NCBI RefSeq assembly: GCF_009914755.1
Contig: NC_060926.1
Length of the DNA: 64,000 bases
Reading direction: 5' to 3' (one strand)
Origin: the human T2T-CHM13v2.0 reference genome, Homo sapiens
Every line of letters starts with the position of its first letter. The stretch's first letter is position 1. The notes under the pieces are model-generated. The model searched no databases. It was not told where the DNA came from and worked only from the letters and a program-made list of their open reading frames with translations. Shown here piece after piece: positions 57,144 to 64,000 of the stretch. Made by a program: the position numbers and the translations under genes.

Positions 57144-58189
57144 AGAAAGCACCCAACCCAAAATGGGGGCTTATTTGGTCATAGGGACCCAAGCAATAAG
57201 AAGCTTGTAGTATACCATGGGCAAGGAAGGAGCATCTCAAGAGAGTCAGAAAGAACATATCCAAGTTAGAATTCTCAGTGGGCTTCCAAGGCATCATGTA
57301 AACATTGTTCTATGAAGGAGCTAATATCTAGCCCTTCACTTCACAGAGGGCAACGACACTGCATTCTAGCACCTCCAAGTAAGGTGGGACTTCCTTTAGT
57401 CTATCTTCTCCTCCCTTAACCCTGGAAGACCCAGGGGTAATGTCTGGGGTTGAAGTGAAGAACAAGGGAAAAGGAGAGAGTAAAAAAAGTCACGCACTCT
57501 GTGGTCAGTTAGGCCTAGGCCAACGGGAGGTAAGAAGCACTGAATTAAACGTGAGATTGAAATCTTGATTTAAACAGCACCAAAACTTTTACTACTCCAA
57601 TATGAATTTTCGCTAACAAAACAAGACTGTTCTAATATTGGAACAGTATGAATTCTGCCTATAAGGCAATTGAGGCACAGGGAAAAGAAAATCCAACAGA
57701 GCATATTTGAAGAGTAAGACTGGAAAATAATAAGCCCTTTTCTATTTGTACAACACAGATTTCAGCCTATTCAGCAAAGTGGTTACAATGATTTTATGTA
57801 CATTTGTGGGAGATATAGCTCAGTCATTGACTTTTGATAAGATATTTTTCTGTCTCTGGTTTCCTATGTGCACCTGCCTGGAAATTCTCTTTATGTCAGT
57901 TGCTGTGCACCTCCACTACTCCCACACTTCACAGCACCCTGCTCATTCCAGATTCTCATCCACTCCTAATTATTCAGAGCCTGTCTAATTCTCTAAATGC
58001 ATTAACTGGCACTGGATCGACACCTTCTATGTTGTTCAGCAGTTGTTACATTTGCTTCTAAATAAATTATTTCAGCTTGGCATTACAGAGATAATCTGTC
58101 ACTACTGCAAACTTGTGTATTTACAATATTAGAATCGCTGTCTTGTTATTTTTTCATTACTACTATATTTTCTGAGCCTCTCTCATTAC

Positions 58190-58417
58190 CATGTGTATTG
58201 TTTCATTATTTACATTTTGAATGCTATTATCTCCAAGGCTGTCAGCAGAAGCATTCTGAGATAATGATGCTGTGAAAAGAGAATTATCTAAATATGGATC
58301 TTTCTGCTCATGCTCAAATAAATTATTGTCTAACTCTTCAGATGCTTCTTCTGAGTCCTCATTAAGACACTCATGGCTTGGGGAATTGTGGAGTATCAAC
58401 TGCCTTTGTCTAAGGGT
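58190..58417 (-). other. Candidate 228-nt coding-like exon (phase 0-0, open)
   Basis: tcttgtttctgcatcttcag|ACC...ATG|gtaatg; 76 codons with no stop, acidic and Ser/Asn-rich. Confidence 0.45.
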
Positions 58418-58699
58418 CTGAAGATGCAGAAACAAGACTAGAAATAGAGAAAGCCAATCAAGGCAGGAAGTGAGGAACTTTCTATTGATAGGAACAGGGG
58501 ATGTAAAAACATCCAATGACATATGTATTTGACGACAATAGCCTTGAAAGAGAATAATCCTTTTTTGAGAGTCTGAAGGTGAAACAATGACTGAAATGAG
58601 TACGAAATCTTTTGCTTAGTTTTGTTGTTCTTATTTAGAGATCAATAAATAAATTCTGTTTCAAGTGTCAAGCTATTTTGCCTGTTTAAAAATAGACAC

Positions 58700-60040
<1,341 letters not shown>

Positions 60041-61551
60041 CAGAACCCAAATCCCTCATGACCCAGTGTCAGGCCCACTGCCAGGCTTCTTAGTGATGGT
60101 AAATAGGCTCATCCTCGGCTATCTTCCTCCGCATCTGGGAAGATCCAAATAGGAAGTTCAAGGCCTGTGTAGCGCTGGCTGCTCGGTGCTTCTGCAAAGC
60201 CAGTTATCTCCAGTTCTGCCCTGCTATTTCATGCCTTGCCTATGATTATCACAGTGAGAGATGTGTGCCCAGCCCCTGTTCTAGCATGGAGAAGACACAA
60301 CCCCGTTCTCTCTGCTGCTGGAGCCCAGACATCCTGCCCCCATCCGCTGCCTGGAATGCCCCTCTTTGGCAAAATCATCTCTCCTGACCTCTTTCTCCAC
60401 AGATTTCCCAACTATAAGCAGATTAGACTTACTCTCCCCAGTTCCCATCAAGAATGCTATGTTTACTGGAAAGACAGAAATTTCTTAGTTTCAATTTTAT
60501 TGTTTCCGTCCTTTTTGGCATCCCGTAATTACATGTTGCAGTGATTCTGTATAAAGTATAGCTACAGATGTTTGCTTATTTTTGAGGGGGGATAGATAAA
60601 AGAGAGGAAAGTGGGTGGCAGGATCTCACTCAAAAAATATTTACTGGAGTCCTATTTAGCATTCTTTACCATTTTAATGCCAATAGAAAAAAAAGTGTGC
60701 CCTTATCTCCTAAGGCTGATGTTGTTGCCCACACACAACCCATTGATTTCTCTACTGGTGAAACAAAATTTAAAAACAGCAAATAACCAATGCTGCTTTC
60801 TACAACACCACCAAGATCCCGGAGACGAGGCGATAATGTAATTAAGCAGTTGTCTTGAAAAAAAAAAACGAAAAACAAAATGCAATCCTAAATCATGCTT
60901 ATGAAATCCATCACATAAGTCAGAAGATGGTTCGGTCATGTTTGGAGAACATTTAGTTAATATTGGCATATGAATAATACTGAATAATAATATAGAATGC
61001 ATGACTAGTCTATAAATACCAATGAAATTTGTTTCAACAACTTACAAATCTATCAACTATCAAAAAGTAATTTAAAAAGATGTATTGGACTGAAATGTTT
61101 GATTAATCCTGAGCTTTTTAGACAAATATAAATTGTTTTGCAATAAAATTACTGCTGCTAACATATCATCTTTAGTTGAGCACTTACCGTGGGCCCGACA
61201 CTGTTCTGTGCTTCTTTTCTTCTGTTTACTCATATACTCCTGAAAATCTCCTGTGAGGGAGATTACAAACCGTATCTACCTTCGACAGACAAAGGATTAT
61301 GAACACAGAGAGTTTAAGCCAGGCCACTGGGGCTCAGCTGTCAGCAATAAACCGGGAGGGGGGTGGGGGTTGAAACTTTCTCTCACCACCAATCTGTACC
61401 ACCTGTACCCTATTCCGAGTAGTGCAACCGGTGATACTTATTAAGCCTTCCCACTGTTCCATGTGCTAGGTAAAACACATTCCAGGTGCTATACCATCTC
61501 ATCTTCCCAATGATGCTTGGTAAAAGAGCTATTCCTATAGCCCTTGTATCT

Positions 61552-61584
61552 ATCATACTATCATAAAACTGATGATAGTATGAT
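61552..61584. repeat. Perfect 13-bp inverted repeat with 7-nt spacer
   Basis: atcatactatcat-aaaactg-atgatagtatgat. Confidence 0.9.
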
Positions 61585-62319
61585 TTCATGGAAAGTTTCT
61601 CCCATACAGCTCACTGCTAGAAACAACTTTTATGTTTTGTTAAATTTTGCAAAGCAGGATAGCCCCTGGGAGCTCAGTTCACACTTGTGTTTTCTCAGTA
61701 GTCCCACACAAGGGATCTAGAAGTGCCAGCTACATGCTGACTTCCATTTTTTTGTTAATGTGACCTCTATTTTTTTCATCTATAAATATTTTAACTATTT
61801 TTTCTTAACTGAAGTAGGCATACTTTTAAGATGTTGCTGCTTAATTTTCTAGCTGTACAGGCCTATTCAGGAGATTTCATTCTCATTTCAGCCCAAGGTT
61901 AGAGCTGAAGACTTCGAGTCAGTCTAACCCTACCACAGGAAGTACAATAGCTCAATCTATGAGGGTTGCAAATTATATTATAAAATATGAGTCCGTTCTT
62001 TCACTAAATTAATAGGACCACATCACAGGAAAGCCAATAAAGGCCTTTTAGAGGCTCCAGTCAGTGAATCCTTTTCAGTGTGATGCCTATGACATTCCTT
62101 TATTGGTCCACAAGAAACAAACATAATGCAGACATCAACGTTATTGCAATAGTAGAGAGATTTCTGGAGCCAACAGAAGAGTGCTTAGAGTTCCAGCAAG
62201 TAGCAGTAACAGGGTAATTTAGCAACAATCTCCATGAAAGACAAAACATACATGTGTAATTATGCAGGTGAACTCCTTAATACAAAAACTGGGAATTATT
62301 AATTATAATGAAATAAGGG

Positions 62320-62545
62320 TTAACACTGATAACTTGATACAGTAGACACTGTTCTCAACATTTGAAATGCATGATTCCATATTAATGCACAGTGGGGAAA
62401 TACCATTATTATCCTTCTTTTACAGATTAAGAAACTGAGGCTTAGGGAGGTCAAGTAAATTGCCCAGGGTTACGCAGCCAGTAGACAGCAGAGCAAAGCT
62501 TTGAGCCCATGCAGTCCAAATCCCGCATATTTTTACTCTGCTGTG
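62320..62545 (-). mobile_element. MIR
   Basis: ttttacagattaagaaactgaggcttagggaggtcaagtaaattgcccagggttac. Confidence 0.8.
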
Positions 62546-63165
62546 TTTTGTCTACCCTCAGCATCCTAGAATGGTAATACAACACAGGCTGACCACAGTA
62601 AACTATATGCAGTTCCCACAGCACAGAAGCAGGTACCTTCCCACCTTGGCAACTTTTACCCAGGGAATTCTCTGCCTGGGATAGCTTCGTCCCCTACCTC
62701 TGCAGCTTCATATTCACTCTCTAAGATTCAGCTTAAGTGTCACTTCTGGGAGGTTGCTACTATAAGAGCCTTCTGCCACTGACACGGTTAGATGCCCTTT
62801 CTATGGCTTAACATGCATGATGTATGCAATACAATGTGTGCAATAAAGGAATAAGTAGTCAAGTAGGCTACCTGGGAGTGCAAACAGTGAGGAGAATGTT
62901 GATATCTAGAACTACTGGAGTTTTATAAAGAAAAAGAAATCTACATTCACCTGACTGTGGTTAAATACCTTTGATGTTTTGAGCTACTGACTGCCTGATA
63001 ATGTTCCTATTATTTACTACTTTACAAGCCACAGGGGCGTAAGCTGCATTGAGATAGGCATCCAGTACTTATTTATTAGGGCCTTTTGATAGTCCGTGGT
63101 TCTTTATTTCAAGCCTCATTTAATCACAACAAACAAAAAAATACTCACATTATTAAGGTAAGCTA

Positions 63166-63517
<352 letters not shown>

Positions 63518-64000
63518 TCACCTTTTGCTTTTCTTGGCAAGCTTGTGAAATATTTATTGCATTTCTTTCCAAAGGCTTTAGAGTATCTTTCTCCTCCAGA
63601 GAATATTATTCTGTGACCTAATGCATGTCCCACCCTTGCCTACTTCAGCTGTGCTTCCATCTCCTGCCCCTTCACCTGACCCCTGTCTTTCAATGCTGCC
63701 TTTGGGTTAACTTCTTCTGACAATTTCTGTTGCCTTTCATTTAAGCTGTTACACTCCATATGGCTTCTCTTTCTTTGATGTGGCCCAGAATATATTACAA
63801 ACCACAGAACACAAACTCTATGATGAAATAATTCACCAAAGATTTTCTGCACTATTTTACCCAAGGCAGAAGTTAGCACAAGTTAAAAAAAAAAAAATGA
63901 AGAGCATTTAGACAAAGAGAAGGAGAAGGAGAGACCTCCATCTGCACATCACTCTTATGTGTAAAAGAACCACATGGACAAATGCTAGTGCAAACAGCCA

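Overview
AT-rich primate (human-like) nuclear DNA with no CpG island and no intact protein-coding gene, RNA gene or CRISPR array that I can support. Much of the window is interspersed repeats: 18 Alus (J/S-type, many with clear target-site duplications (TSDs), one nested inside another), several old L1 fragments plus an L1PA7-like 3' end, L2/MIR/CR1 relics, MaLR/ERVL solo LTRs (THE1, MST, MLT1, MER74, MER54, LTR33) and hAT/mariner MITEs. Most listed ORFs are repeat-derived or chance. The most interesting signal is a series of splice-site-bounded, coding-like segments on the minus strand between ~52.5 and ~63.9 kb. Some are open and phase-compatible, others are disabled, consistent with a decayed unprocessed gene; a few fragments loosely resemble RGS-domain helices (unverified). 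Also seen: a strong plus-strand exon candidate, a 62-bp ectopic copy of part of a local LTR, and small template-switch-like inverted repeats. Repeat names are recalled from consensus sequences, not from a search, and boundaries of old repeats are approximate.
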